From the NCBI RefSeq assembly GCF_009914755.1, contig NC_060926.1: a DNA stretch of 64,000 nucleotides; one strand, written 5' to 3'. The notes beneath the pieces were generated by a model, which was not told where the DNA came from, did not search any database, and saw only the letters and a program-made list of their open reading frames with translations. This DNA is from the human T2T-CHM13v2.0 reference genome, Homo sapiens. Below, one piece after another: positions 24,698 to 37,996 of the stretch; within the stretch, counting starts at the first letter, position 1; each line of letters opens with the position of its first letter. The position numbers and the translations under genes were made by a program.

Positions 24698-25702
24698 CTA
24701 TTGGAGGAAAAAAGGAAACTAAAAATCAAAATATGTGTGCGTGCACCCACACACCAGCACACAATTATTGCTGAAAGAAACACGTACCAATCAAAAAAGT
24801 GGTCCTTAAAACTCATATTCAGGTCATTATAGGACAATGATAAGTACCAGAAAAGCCCTGTGTCTACCAGAACTATTATTTCCTAGTAGAAGCTCAAAAA
24901 CCAAACCAAACCAAGAAACAAAGTTCTTATTAAAGTAATATAGAAATATGTGTAAAAATATCTAAATGAATATTATCTATACTATATGTGTATGCTTTAG
25001 GAGGTGAGTGATGGAAGCATGGCAGCAGTTACATGTTTTGAGAAAGCACAGACCAAACATGTCTCCCTCTTAAATTTATGAATTTCAAGGCAAATTCATT
25101 TCACTGAACCAATAACCGAACTGTGGACAATTCTCAGACACCAAAAGAAATAGCCAATTTAAAATGTTTTCCTGAAGCATATGTACCTAATATGTTATTT
25201 TGATGGTGTCACATTCAATTGTAAACATCCTAATTGGAATTTTTTTATATTTCAGTTTTCTTTTGTAAAATGTCCTATGGTTTTATTGTTACAAATAAAT
25301 GCACTGTTTGGAGAGAGGCAAAGAAAAAGATGTTTTGAAAAGAGAAAAAAGATCACAGGAATTCATGCTTTTAATTTACAAATCAAACCCCTTACCATGT
25401 AGACAAGACTCCTCCATGTCTTATCTCTGCTTACCTTTCTAGCCCTACCTTGCTGTCTAACTACCCACACCATCCTAACAGTTAAATCTCCCTTGCTGTT
25501 TGACCCTGCTCATAGAAGTATCTTGCCTAAATCTCTAAATGGTTATACAAATCACAACTTGTAGACAACTTGAAGACAGCAAATTCATTTCCTCATGCTC
25601 CCCTTCAGCACAGAGCATGCTACCAAGCCCACAGTGGTTTCTTAATGAATATTTGTAATATGAATAAGTGAAAAGTTACACTCAGTGTTTTTGCTTAAAA
25701 CA

Positions 25703-25993
25703 GGCCAGGTGCAGTGGCTTACGCCTAATCCCAGCAATTTGGGAGGTTGAGGCGGTAGTATTGCTTGAGCCCAGGAGTTTGAGACCTGACTGGGCAACAT
25801 GATGAGACCCTATTTCTACAAAAAATAAAAAAAGTTAGCCAGCTCTGGTGGCACTCACCTGTGATCCCAGCTACTGGGGAGGCTGAGTTGGGAGGATCAC
25901 TTGAGCCCAAGAGGTCAAGACTGCAGTGAGCCATGTTCACAACACTGCACTCCAGCCTAAATAACGGAGCAAGACCCAGTCTCAAAATAAAAA
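25703..25993 (+). mobile_element. AluJ SINE, full-length dimer
   Basis: GGCCAGGTGCAGTGGCTTACGCC...TTGAGCCCAGGAGTTTGAG...GGAGGATCACTTGAGCCCAAGAGGTCAAGACTGCAGTGAGC (AluJ diagnostics). Confidence 0.92.
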
Positions 25994-26271
25994 TTATATT
26001 TAGTCATCTTAACATAGTCAAATAAGTTTGAGGGATTTTTTTAAACCTTGGGTGTGAATTTCTAACAAAATCATGTTTTGTGAATAACAACTGTAGTTTT
26101 GCGCTCCATACACAAAACAGTTTTTTATTAATCATTAAATAATTAAAAAGAATTAGAAAAAGTCCAGACATAGATAATCTCAGAATCTCTTAATAATAAA
26201 GTATATCCCTTATTTTTCCAACTTATCTTTATCTTTTAACAAGGATTGCTGTATCAGCACGTGCACACGTG

Positions 26272-26297
26272 CACACACACACACACACACACACACA
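26272..26297. repeat. (CA)13 microsatellite
   Basis: Pure CA run preceded by GCACGTGCACACGTG. Confidence 0.95.
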
Positions 26298-26838
26298 GAG
26301 GCATGCTTACATTTTCCTTTTTTTCCTTATTCTCCCCCCTACAGAGTAAGATGTGGTTATTAGTCAGTCAATCAGTCAACCTATGAAATGCAAATAGCAG
26401 TTCACAGTGATTTTTTTCAGCCTTCTTAGTCCAGGTAGCAAAAATAAAATATATTTCTCAGAGAAAAATCAAATGAACCTCATGTGAATAAATGGTTTTC
26501 TTTACCATTTTCATCTTTTTTTAAAAAAAGCACAAATGCTTTTAGCTGGAAATTACTTTCTTTGACTAAGTTAGTATCATGCCGACTGACCTTTACTTTA
26601 TTGTTCCACCAGCTCGCTGGCATTTTAATGTTTTGGCCTGTAATAATAGCCTTGAAGACTGGAATGGGCTTGCTGAAACAATTTTCTCCCTAAGGATTTA
26701 AAAAGCAGTCTTTATTTTTCACATACTCAAAACAAAGTACTTAAAAAAATAAAATGGAAATACAGTTAGATTAGAAAGTGGGCTTACATATGTATTTTAT
26801 CTTTAAGTACTGAATGAAAAAGAACACTGCATATAGAC

Positions 26839-26914
26839 TTTTTTAAATTTTATTATTATTATACTTTAAGTTTTAGGGTACATGTGCACAATGTGCAGGT
26901 TTGTTACATATGTA
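26839..26914 (-). mobile_element. Extremely 5'-truncated young L1PA 3' terminus
   Basis: TTATTATACTTTAAGTTTTAGGGTACATGTGCACAATGTGCAGGTTTGTTACATATGTA, near identical to the L1PA2-4 antisense end. Confidence 0.9.
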
Positions 26915-29175
26915 CATTTCAAAATTTTCCTTTTAAGCTTAACTGATTTCTGGGTTTAGGATCAAATGCAATATATTATAAGAACATGATCTTTTCCTTG
27001 CAGCACTTTCTGGGATGAAGAATTCTAGGACAGTGCAATAAGAGGTCAGAATTTTTCATATGTGTGTACATTTTGCTCTCTTGGAAACATCCTTCTGCCT
27101 GGCTCTAACCTGACTGTGTTTATCATCTGTCTTCAAAAACTTGACTTTCTCTGGTTCCACAATTTTCTTTGGTATAGCCTTTCAGCTGTTTCCCAAATAA
27201 AAAACGAATAAAAAAGAAAATAAAAGCCTTTTCCTAGTTGCAAAACAACCTTTTCCTGCTGAGCTAACATATTTCTCTCTCCTGTCACAGAGAGGAAACC
27301 AAAAATACTCATAAACTCTCTATCCCCAAACGTTTGCAGATGTTCCCTTCTCAAAGATTTGTGACTGTAATAGTCTCCCCAAATTCTTATTTTTTATGTT
27401 AAAATATTATATTTTTATATTTTATATTTAAAATTGTTAATAACAATTCAAACAAAATGTATCAATATGAAATGTAAAACTGTTTTTGTCAATTTTTTAA
27501 TTCGCCAATATGTACCCATCAATAGATTACCTAAGATTTTGTTTAATTAACATCACTGATAAAAATGACAAATTTGTTGAAAGAAGAGATCATGTTCTTA
27601 GTAAATAATTGATCATAAGTATATTTTCTAAATAATCATGAGTGTACTATTCAATAAGACCATTTTGAGCTTTTGTGATGGATTAAATATTCAGAATATG
27701 GTCTTTAGTTAACTAATCAGTAAGTATTTTTTTAAAAAAAAAAAGCATAGCATTCAAGAAACTGTCTTAGGCACAAGCGTAGAGTTTTGTTTTTTTTTTT
27801 AATCACAATACACAAAATTCCCACCCAAAGAAAAGAATACACTCTATTTGTGAGATGAAATAATAAGAGAAATAGCAAGTAAAATAGAACTATGTACAGG
27901 TCCTAGCCAGACTGTACACATAGCCTACATAAAAGAATAGTATAGCAAAAACAGTAAGTGAAGAAGGAATCTAAGAATGAGATTATCATGAGCCAAAGGC
28001 AATAGAGAAAGGTCATAATGAATCCCCCAACTGTTGCTGGATTCCTCCCTCCACTAGTGGTCTTTGACAAGCTTCTGGATTGTGGTTGCTCAGTTCTCAT
28101 TTTTGTTTCTCTCATGACCAAAGACTAATAATTTCCCGCAATTGTCCTTTATGTTCTATTTATTCAACACCCAAGCACATAGTCTCACAACATTTTAAAG
28201 CTTTCAAACTGAAACTATCCCCACTAACACCTTCACCAAACCCCTGGTGGTCACTGTCTAGAATTTATCATCTTTATGGAAAATATGTAATCCTATAATA
28301 TCCTAATCCTTTACCACAGTTTTCTATATCAATATCTCTCCACTTATATACACTCCTTGACCACATCCACTTCAGCTCCTTATTCCCCATCCTCTCACAC
28401 TAATTATTTTCTTCAATTTTCTCAGTGTCTGCCTGATCTTGTTTTCTTCCCCATGGCCGATGCCTTCAACTCCCCACAGCCCGGTCCTTTCTTCATGTCT
28501 CTCCTGAAAATCATCATCTCTTCTTTTACTAGTCCAGGACTTAGATACCTAAGTGCTATTATAGAAAATCCCCAATTCTTGTGTATTCTTAGTACTAAAA
28601 ATACTGTTTAATGAAAGAAGATAGACTGTGAAAAGGGAAGCATAAGGCACTTGTTTATTCCAAGCCTTGGATGGAGTGCCATAAAATTGATGTGCTGGTT
28701 AACATCACAGAATAGACTTTGACTGTGACTTTTGGCAGAAAATATTCAGAGAAGCAATTGTTGCCAAGTTAAAGTAGATGAGGAGATGAATCTGGGGTGG
28801 CAAATAGGTAGCAATGATCATACTATGTATTCCCATGAGGATTGGCAGTAGACGAAATGAAAGATAAATTGGTAGTGAAAGAGAGAGGTGAGGTCAAAGA
28901 AATTCTTCCTGTAGGTATGGGTGATATTTAACTGTATGGGATAGTGAGAAGAAGCTAATACAGACAGAAATGTTGGCAATAATGGAGAGAAAAAGCATCA
29001 ATTGATATACCAAAATATCAAGTAAATTGGTAAGAAATGAGATCAAGAGTCCAGTTAAGGAAGAATACCTTTTATTCTAGAAAACTGAGGAAAGGAGATT
29101 ACAGTAAAAGAAGATTTAGATGAGCTTTTAGGTAAAAGAGATACAGTTGAAGGAGTTACCAGCTGAGGGTCTGGG

Positions 29176-29232
29176 GTGTGTACGTGTGTGTGTGTGTGTG
29201 TCTGTGTGTCTGTGTGTCTGTGTGTGTGTGTG
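29176..29232. repeat. Interrupted (TG)n microsatellite
   Basis: TG run with TC interruptions. Confidence 0.95.
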
Positions 29233-30145
29233 AACTAGAATCTAAGAGAGACATAGAAAAACTGTCAAGCACCACTCAAGGTACAAATAAGACTAAAACG
29301 CACTCATTCATGGTATCAAGAATACACACAGTTGTGTGTTTTTCTATAATAACTTTCTATGATGTATCAGGTACTGTGCTAATAGCTATATTCAGGTCAC
29401 TTTACTTCAACCTGCTTATGCTTCTTTCCCAACTCTTTGTTCCCACCATGTTTCCTGTGAAAAGATTCACAAGATCCCCTCTTATCTAATGCTTTGTAGC
29501 ACTTCTGTAATCTTGACTGCTGGTGTGATTCAAATGTATCCTTTGGTTGCCTGGTTTCTACTCAGTCTTCTAACCCACAGCCTGTACCAGCTCTATCTCT
29601 TGAATCCTATATGACATAAGCTCATCAGATTCTCTATATCCCCTTGAAAAGGAAACAGAAGAGCAAAGAACATTCTTTGGGCTTTGCTTGATTTGAGTCT
29701 CTATAGCATTTGGTGCCCTAATATTTTCTATTCCTAGATTTCATTCATCTATCCGTAGTGTCTCCCTAATGCTGACGACAGATATGAAACAGGTATTATT
29801 GAAAGTCACCATCTAAGATTATCTAAAATGCCTGATTTACCACCTCAGTAGTAAAACAGCAGAAGTCTATTTGTGAATCCCGCCAGCCAGAAAGGAAAGA
29901 GTTACTAATGTGCACTGATTAGTAGGATGCTTAAGATTTGGGAGCACAGTAAGAAAAAAGATAAATGATGAATAAAATGGAATCAAAAAATGATATGAGG
30001 AGAAAACTAATAATAAAATGGTAGACTTAAACTCAAATATGTCAGCTTTTTCTGTGTTTACCATCACATCCTTTAACTTAAATAGTAATCAAGGTTTAGA
30101 CCTGGTATGCTAAGAAAACAACTGAAACTCAAAAACCATTAAATA

Positions 30146-30306
30146 GGCAAGGAACAGTGGCTAATGCCTGTAATCTCAGCACTTTGGGAGGCTGAGGTAG
30201 GAGGATAACTTGACCTCAGGAGTTCGAGGTTGCCATGAGCTATGATCATGCCACTGCACCCTAGCCTCGCCAACAGAGTGAGACCCTATTAAATAAATAA
30301 ATAATA
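30146..30306 (+). mobile_element. FRAM/FAM free Alu monomer
   Basis: Single ~150-bp Alu monomer with right-arm sequence (GAGCTATGATCATGCCACTGCAC) and a (TAAA)n tail. Confidence 0.85.
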
Positions 30307-30589
30307 GCCATTTAATTCACTTTCTCTTTACAAAATATAAACAACTTTAATAACTCCAAACTGAGTAAATTGTTAATTATACAAAGATTTAAAATTTATG
30401 TAATAAAAATTAGCTGACATAATCTACGAAATTTCTATGTGAGTTTCTCAAATGGAAATAGAACTCTTAGTGGTACATCGTGTGAAGGGGGAACTTGAGG
30501 TAAATGCAAAAGAGCAAATCATGAATTAGGAAATAACTTTCTCTGGAGTTGTTTGTTCAGTAACTTATTGTTATTAGGAAGAAATGTAT

Positions 30590-30825
30590 GGCATAGCACA
30601 AGAACACACTCCTTAAAGTCAATTAGCCATGCACTGAAACTCAGCTAGGACTGTTCCTGCTGTATCACACTAAAGCAAGTTTCTTAATTTTGGTGCATTT
30701 CCTCCTGTGAAAACCGGACAAATACAATCTGTAAACCATGGATTACAATCCTTTTCACAAGGTAGTGATGATTAAGTGAAATAATATGCATAAAGTTATT
30801 GGCACATAATTATTACTAATAGATG
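30590..30825 (+). mobile_element. MIR SINE
   Basis: GCAAGTTTCTTAA...TTTCCTCCTGTGAAA...GATGATTAAGTGAAATAATATGCATAAAG. Confidence 0.65.
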
Positions 30826-31529
30826 CAAGTTCCTTGTTCCTTTTTGCCCAGTCTGAAGTGACACTCTACCTTAATTTTTTTGGCTTTATATTTATTGAGA
30901 AAGACAGCTGTTTTTCCTGTAATTAATTATTAGAGAAGTAACTGCCCCTCTCCACACCACACCCCACCCCACCCCACAACCATATGGCTATTATGGTATA
31001 GTGACTTTTACTCCCATTAACCTAATGTATTCTTTTTTATTGTTCTATGTTGTACCTATAAATAGATAAAGCTATTATACCTATGTTAGACTATATGATT
31101 GAATATGTGAGGAGAGACTGAGACACAGCCAGAGACTAAAGGCAAGAAGGCCAATTAGCAATTAACAATTTTGGGGAAATAAAGATATAAATTTGTGTAA
31201 TAGCAGTAGAATAATAAACATATATCTTTGAATAAATAAAGAATTATAAGTAAAGTTTTTAAAAAACCAAGATAAGTGGTTCATCTTTATTATAAAGAGT
31301 GACTTTGGCCTATTTACCAAGTCACAAAGTCTTTACATAGATTAACACATTTTATTAAACCCAGTAAATCTTGACTATTTTGCAATTGAACAGAGAGTTT
31401 AGCAGTATTATATATCCTCTCATCTATGCGTACATCTTATATTGAAAGTTTTTTTTTGCTTTTTCTTTAATAATTTCGTGTTTAATTTAAAATATAATTA
31501 TTTAAGTTATTAGTAAATGATTAGTGAGT

Positions 31530-34500
31530 AATGATGGACAAGTCAAGGCCTTGAAAATTAGACAACATGTAAAAAGAAATCTGATTAAAGGCATTAGTGG
31601 GCTAACAGGTTAAACAGTCATAAAGCTCTTTATCTATGAGAAGGAAACCTAGAGTGGTGAGCCAAGTATCTGGGATCACTTTTTCAATGTCAGAATGTTC
31701 TAATTACTGAAGAGATAGCTGAAAGGTTAAAAGCTTAGCAGAGATATTTTTTTATTAGCCTCTCAGAGGCTGACTAGAGGGAAAAATATAAAAGAGGTAG
31801 CCTTGCTAAACACTTCTCTTTTTTACACCCTGGAATAATAGTAAGATAAAAAAAATAGACCTGCCCTGTAGGACCTGCTGTCAAGTTTCAAAAATTTCCT
31901 CATCTCAATTGGATTAAAGTCATTTGAAATTGCTGCATCTCTAACTCATCTACCAAAAGAAAACTCGAACTCTCTATTGACACACAAACTCTTACCTCGG
32001 TTTCAGATTACTGCTATTATATTTTATTTATAATATCTGCCACAAAATAAATAGTAAGACACATGAGTAAACAGGATAATATAATTTTAAAACAGCAGGA
32101 TAAAAAGACATAAAAACAGAACCATACAGTATACAGATAATGGTGGTATCAAAGATTTTTAAATAACTATATGTAATATATTCAGAGAGATTTTTTAAAG
32201 CTTGATAGTTTTAGCAAATAATTTAGACAATTAAAATAATTGAATGAAAATTTGATAACTGTGAAACATAGTAATCAAAATTAAAAACTCAACGGATGTA
32301 TTAACATCAGGTTAGACAAGGTATCTAAAGAGTGAATCAGTAACCTGGAATATAGCTCTGAAGACAATATTTACTATAGAACCCATAAAACAAAATGGTG
32401 GAAAAAAGATCAAATGATAAGAAATATAAGAGCTAGAATGAGAAGTCACTATATATGTAATTGATACCCCCAAAGAGTGAAAAAGCAGAAGGGTATAGAA
32501 AAAATAAGCTTAATAGCTAAAAATTTTTCAGAACAACCAAAAAGCATTATGCTTCAAGCCCCAATATTCTACAGGCGCTACAAACCCCAAGCAGGGTAAA
32601 TCAAAAGACATCTACAGCTAAGTATATCCTAGTAAAACTGCTGAAAACCAGCATCCAGAATCTACAATGAACTCCAACAAATTTACAAGAAAAAAACAAA
32701 CAACTCCATCAAAAAGCGGGCAAAGGATATGAACAGACACTTCTCAAAAGAAGACATTTATGCAGCCAAAAAACACATGAAAAAATGCTCATCATCACTG
32801 GCCATCAGAGAAATGCAAATCAAAACCACAATGAGATACCATCTCACACCAGTTAGAATGGCGATCATTAAAAAGTCAGGAAACAACAGGTGCTGGAGAG
32901 GATGTGGAGAAATAGGAACACTTTTACACTGTTGGTGGGACTGTAAACTAGTTCAACCATTGTGGAAGTCAGTGTGGCGATTCCTCAGAGATCTAGAACT
33001 AGAAATACCATTTGAACCAGCCATCCTATTACTGGGTATATACCCAAAGGATTATAAATCATGCTGCTATAAAGACATATGCACACGTATGTTTATTGCG
33101 GCACTATTCACAATAGCAAAGACTTGGAACCAACCCAAATGTCCAACAATGATAGACTGGATTAAGAAAATGTGGCACATATACACCATGGAATACTATG
33201 CAGCCATAAAAAATGATGAGTTCATGTCCTTTGTAGGGACATGGATGAAGCTGGAAACCATCATTCTCAGCAAACTGTCTCAAGGACAAAAAACCAAACA
33301 CCACATGTTCTCACTCATAGGTGGGAATTGAACAACGAGAACACATGGACACAGGAAGGGGAACATCACACACTGGGGCCTGTTGTGGGTGGGGGGAGGG
33401 GGAAGGGATATCATTAGGAGATATACCTAATGTTAAATGACGAGTTACTGGGTGCAGCACACCAACATGGCACATGTATACATATGTAACTAACCTGCAC
33501 GTTGTGCCCATGTACCCTAAAACTTAAAGTATAATAAAAAAAAAACTGAAAAACCAAGGACAAAAATAAAACTTTAAAAAAGCAGCCAGAAAGGGGAAAA
33601 AAGGCCACATGGAGCAACAACTTGATTGACAGCTGACTTCCTAACAAAAACAAAGTCAGAAGAAAATGCAATTGCATTTTCAAAATGTTGCAGGAAAATA
33701 ACTGCCAGCCTAATATTCAAACACCAATACAAATATTGTTCCAGGATAAAGATAAAATAAAAGTCCCCAGTGGGGACTTTTTGCATGTATGTTTTGTATG
33801 TGTGTTTCCCAGTGGACTCACAATGTAAGAAATGTTAAAAGATCTTCAGTCAGAATGAAAATAATTCAACATTGAGATCAGTAATTAAAGGAAAAATGCA
33901 AAACAGTAAAAATGGTAAGTATTTAGAGAAAGCTAAATTACTATTGACTACTTAAAACAATGATTTTATGGGTTAAAATGTATGAAGAATTAGAATACGC
34001 AATTGTACTAGAAAACAATAGTGATTTTCTAATAGCTATTGTTTTCTAGCATAATTGCATGGAGTGCAACAGAAATTGTGCCAAGAGACTAATGAATAGC
34101 CACATATATTAAAAACAGGAAGAGCTAAAAGCAAATGGCCTAAATATCAAAAAGTTAATGATAGAACAGAGTTATAAACACAAACAGCATAGACAGAAGG
34201 AAATAATATGAATAATGTAGAAATTAAAGAAATTTAAGGCAAATCTACAATAGAGGAAATCAATAAAACCAAATTATGTTAATATCAATAATAAACATAT
34301 ATGTAAAAATTTCTAAATAAATATTAACAAACAAAATTTAGAAAAATATAGAAAAAGTTAATATACTATAACCAGTTCATATTTGGTCCTGGAATAAAAA
34401 GCAGATTTAGTATTAAAAAACTACTCAATATAATTTACCCCATTAACTGAATGAAAAAGAAAATCATATAATCATCTCAATAGTTGCAGTGAAAGTATTT

Positions 34501-35750
34501 AATAAAAATCAACATCCAATTATAATATAACCCCTCAGCAAAAGAGAAATATAAGGTAATATCTTTAAATTATTAGAGGATGCTTACAAAAGAATCTTTA
34601 CCAAACATCACACTTAGTAATAAAATGTTTACAGCTTTGTTCCTAATGAAAACAAGATGAGAATGTCTTCTGTCACCACCATTTTTAACATTTTACTAGA
34701 GATCCTAACCAGTGCCATCAGACAGAAAATAATTAAAATTTTATGTATTGGAAATAAAAATAAAAATTTTTCAGTATTTGCAGGCAATCTCATTATATAG
34801 GAAAAATTCCCAAAGGAAATATATAATAAATTATTAGAATTAATAAATGATTTTAGTAAGATCGATATTCAATAATCAATTGTATGTCTATAAACCACAA
34901 CGAAAATTTTAAAAACATTATTTATAACCGTATCAAAAATACCAAATACATATAGAACATTTTTGTTTAAAAGGTGCATAATTTCTGCATGGAAACTATA
35001 AAACAATAGATTTAAAAATTTAGGAAACCTGTTTAAAGGGATTAATAGACATTTCACAAAATAGAATATCCAAATAGCCAACGAATACAACAATAGGTGA
35101 CAAGGCTCTTTAGTAACCATGGAATAACATATACCTACCAAAAGAGATAATATTATAAAAACACGCAATAGCAAGTATTGCCGAAGCTAGGGAACAATGA
35201 AACTCTGATAGACTACTGGTGATACGTAAATTGGTACAACCACTCTGGAAAACATTTCAATGTTATTATTAAAGTTGAACATATGCATGAACTCTTACCC
35301 ATTAATTCTACTCCTGGTTATAAATCCAACAGAAATCTGTAAACATGATGAACCAAAAGACTTGTTTGAGAATGTCCACAGCATGATTGCCAAAAACTGA
35401 AAACAACCCAATGACCATTAACATTAGAATACATCAGTTGTCGTATATTTTACAATAAAATGATGAGCAAAAGAAGCCAGACATAGAAGTATATGTGGCG
35501 AAATTTTACTTATCTAAAGTTAAAAATACACTCAGCTATTAGGTTGGATGTGAGGACAGTGGTTGTCTTTGGGGAGGATGGAGATGGTAATAATCGAGAA
35601 GGGAAATTAAGGATGTGGGGCTTGGGTTGAGCTGCCATCAATGTTCTGTTCTAGACCTGGAAATGGTAACGTGTGTGATGTTTATATTCACTGAGCTATA
35701 CTCATGTTTTGCATCCTATTCTGCACTTATTTTTCAATAAAAAAATTTTA
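31530..35750 (+). mobile_element. Old, internally deleted L1M (ORF1, ORF2 and 3' UTR remnants) hosting a young L1PA (approximate bounds)
   Basis: A-rich decayed L1 motifs: GAAAATCATATAATCATCTCAATAG, TAAAAATCAACATCC, GTAAATTGGTACAACCACTCTGGAAAAC, and a terminal TTCAATAAAAAAA. Confidence 0.75.
32653..33545 (+). mobile_element. 5'-truncated L1PA3/L1PA4 (ORF2 C-terminus, 3' UTR, poly-A)
   Basis: ORF 32729-33331 is the L1 ORF2p C-terminal 200 aa ([26 protein letters not shown]...HMFSLIGGN). G-rich 3' UTR. TSD CTGAAAA(A)CCA at 32641-32650 / 33546-33556. Confidence 0.97.
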
Positions 35751-36467
35751 AGTTTTTAATGCTCAACAAACAATCATTCAGTTTACTTTATGTATTAGGC
35801 ATACACTTTGGAAGGATAATGGTATAAATATATTATTTCAGTTTTTTAAATCCCATGGTCCTAGTACCAATAAAATCATTACATAGCAAAGCTTATTATT
35901 TTATTTTTTCAATTATTTTTAGTACCTTGCGATTTGATACCAATTAAGACTTCAAAGCATACAGAATTTCACAGATGGGGCAATCAATGAATCTCTCTGT
36001 AGCAAACTATAGTTTGTGAAACATCATCCTAACCATAACACAAAAAGAAGGCTATTTTCTGTTTTCTGTTTTGTAGCCACATCTATAAAAGATTTAGCTA
36101 ATATCCACAACTCTCTAGGTTATTATAAAATTACACACTTTCCCAAAAACCAGCAATTTACTGGAATCTTATGTCATCAAATATAAAGAAAAATGTAAGG
36201 AAATCAGAGAGTGTTCCTGAAAAACAATCAGGACTTTAGCTTCACATTAGATCTCTCTGAAGCTTTGGTGCCACACAGAGAAAGAAAAAAATCTAGGCTG
36301 ATGGAGAAAACCACAAGTTGAAATCTACATAATGGAGCAGATAATTATAAAGTATTTCATATGATGTTTGTCAAAAAAGACTATGTATAAGCCAAATTCT
36401 ACATCGGCCTCATTTTCATTATTGGTCAACTCTATGCAATCTCAACTCTGCAACCTCAACAGCATAT

Positions 36468-37118
36468 AATATTTTTTGACTCTTTAGTAATAGCCATTCT
36501 GACTAGCGTGAGATGGTATCTTGTGGTTTTGATTTGCATTTTCCCAATGATTAGTGATACTGAGCATTTTTTCATATGCTTGTTGGCCACATGTATGTCT
36601 TCTTTTGATAAGTTTCTGTTCATGTCCTTTGTCTACTTTTTATTGGGATTGTTTGTTTTTTGCTTTTTGATTTGTTTAAGTTTCTTATAGATTCTGAATA
36701 TTGGACTTTTGGTGAATGCATAGTTTGCAAACATTTTCTCCCATTCTGTAGACTGTTTACTATGTTGATAGTTTCTTTTGTTCTGCAGAAGCTCTTTAGG
36801 TGAATTATGTCCCAATTGTCAATTTTTGTTTTTGTTGCAGTTGCTTTTGGAGTCTTCGTTATGAAGTCTCCAATGTTCAGAATGGTATTTCCTAGGTTTT
36901 CTTCTAGAGTGCTTAAAATTTTGGGTTTTACATTTAAGTCTTTAATCTATCTTGAGTTGATTTTTGTATATGGTGAATAAAAGGGGTTTGGTTTCAAATC
37001 TGCATTTGGATAGTCAACTATCCCAGCACCATTTATTGAATAGGGAGTCCTTTCTCTATTGCTTGTTATTATGGACTTTTATCAAAGATCAGATGGTTAT
37101 AGGTGTACAGGTTTATTT
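36468..37118 (-). mobile_element. L1P (L1PA15/L1PB-like) ORF2 3' fragment
   Basis: Antisense L1: GCCATTCTGACTAGCGTGAGATGGTATC ... TCCCAGCACCATTTATTGAATAGGGAGTCC ... AAAGATCAGATGG. Confidence 0.9.
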
Positions 37119-37484
37119 GTTTTTGTTTTGAACAGAAATAGCCCTTAAGATTACAAATAACATTTACCTATATAAAGAAAATGTTATGGTATGGGAGGTG
37201 TTTGAAGCATTGTTTTACCTTGTTCTGTTTTGTTTGCAGCTAGGGACTAGAGTCAAAGGTAGGGAAGATGTCTGTAGGAAGTTACAGAGACCAAGTTGAC
37301 AAGCCAATTCATTATGGGAGTTATCACCTATTTTCAAAATTTGCCTTTCCAATGAAGTGAAAATTAGTCAATGTATTTGAGGATGTAGTTCAAATACAGA
37401 ATAAAGCCAATTTAGCGTGTGAGAAAAATGGGCAGTACTCTTCTCAATTCTCCCTGTTTTGGATTTTCAGTGGGCATCTCTACC

Positions 37485-37996
37485 AGTGCAGGATCTGCTG
37501 GCCTTCACGTTCATTCCTTGCCCTTCTGCTGCTTTCTCGGTGTCCTAGTGGGGGCTGATCCCTGCAGTTTGTATTTACCAGGCTCCCTGTCAGAAGACTC
37601 TAGGAAATCACTAATGGGAGATTGGAGCTAAGGAAGAAGAGAAAATCCAGGATGTTTTCCCTCTCTATCTGTATTATGAGTGTCTCTGGCAGATGCTGTG
37701 TTCCTTCCATGGTTTTAGCACTTGCCAGACAAGCTCTCTATGATTGTATCTTCCACCCAATGGCCCAGTAACTGAGTTAAGTCTCTGGGATCCAGTACCA
37801 CTGTTTATTTTTGTCCCTCCAGCCCAGAGCTGGTAGCGGCTTTTAGTTCTTGCCGATCTCTGGATTGCTACACTGTCCCTGAGTTGGCTTCTCAGTCTCT
37901 TCCATCAGCTGGATAACCAGTTTCTTGCATTAAATTCCCTCTGTCTTAAATACCTAGAGTGTTTTCTATTTTCTTCATTGGTCCTTGACTAATAAA
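37485..37996 (+). mobile_element. LTR33-family LTR (approximate bounds)
   Basis: 3' end ATTAAATTCCCTCTG...AAATACCTAGAGTGTTTTCTATTTTC...CTTGACTAATA typical of LTR33. Confidence 0.7.

Noticed and set aside
32729-33331. 200-aa ORF, the longest in the window
   Set aside because: C-terminus of L1 ORF2p in a 5'-truncated copy with no promoter, endonuclease or RT domain. The same applies to 51449-52315.
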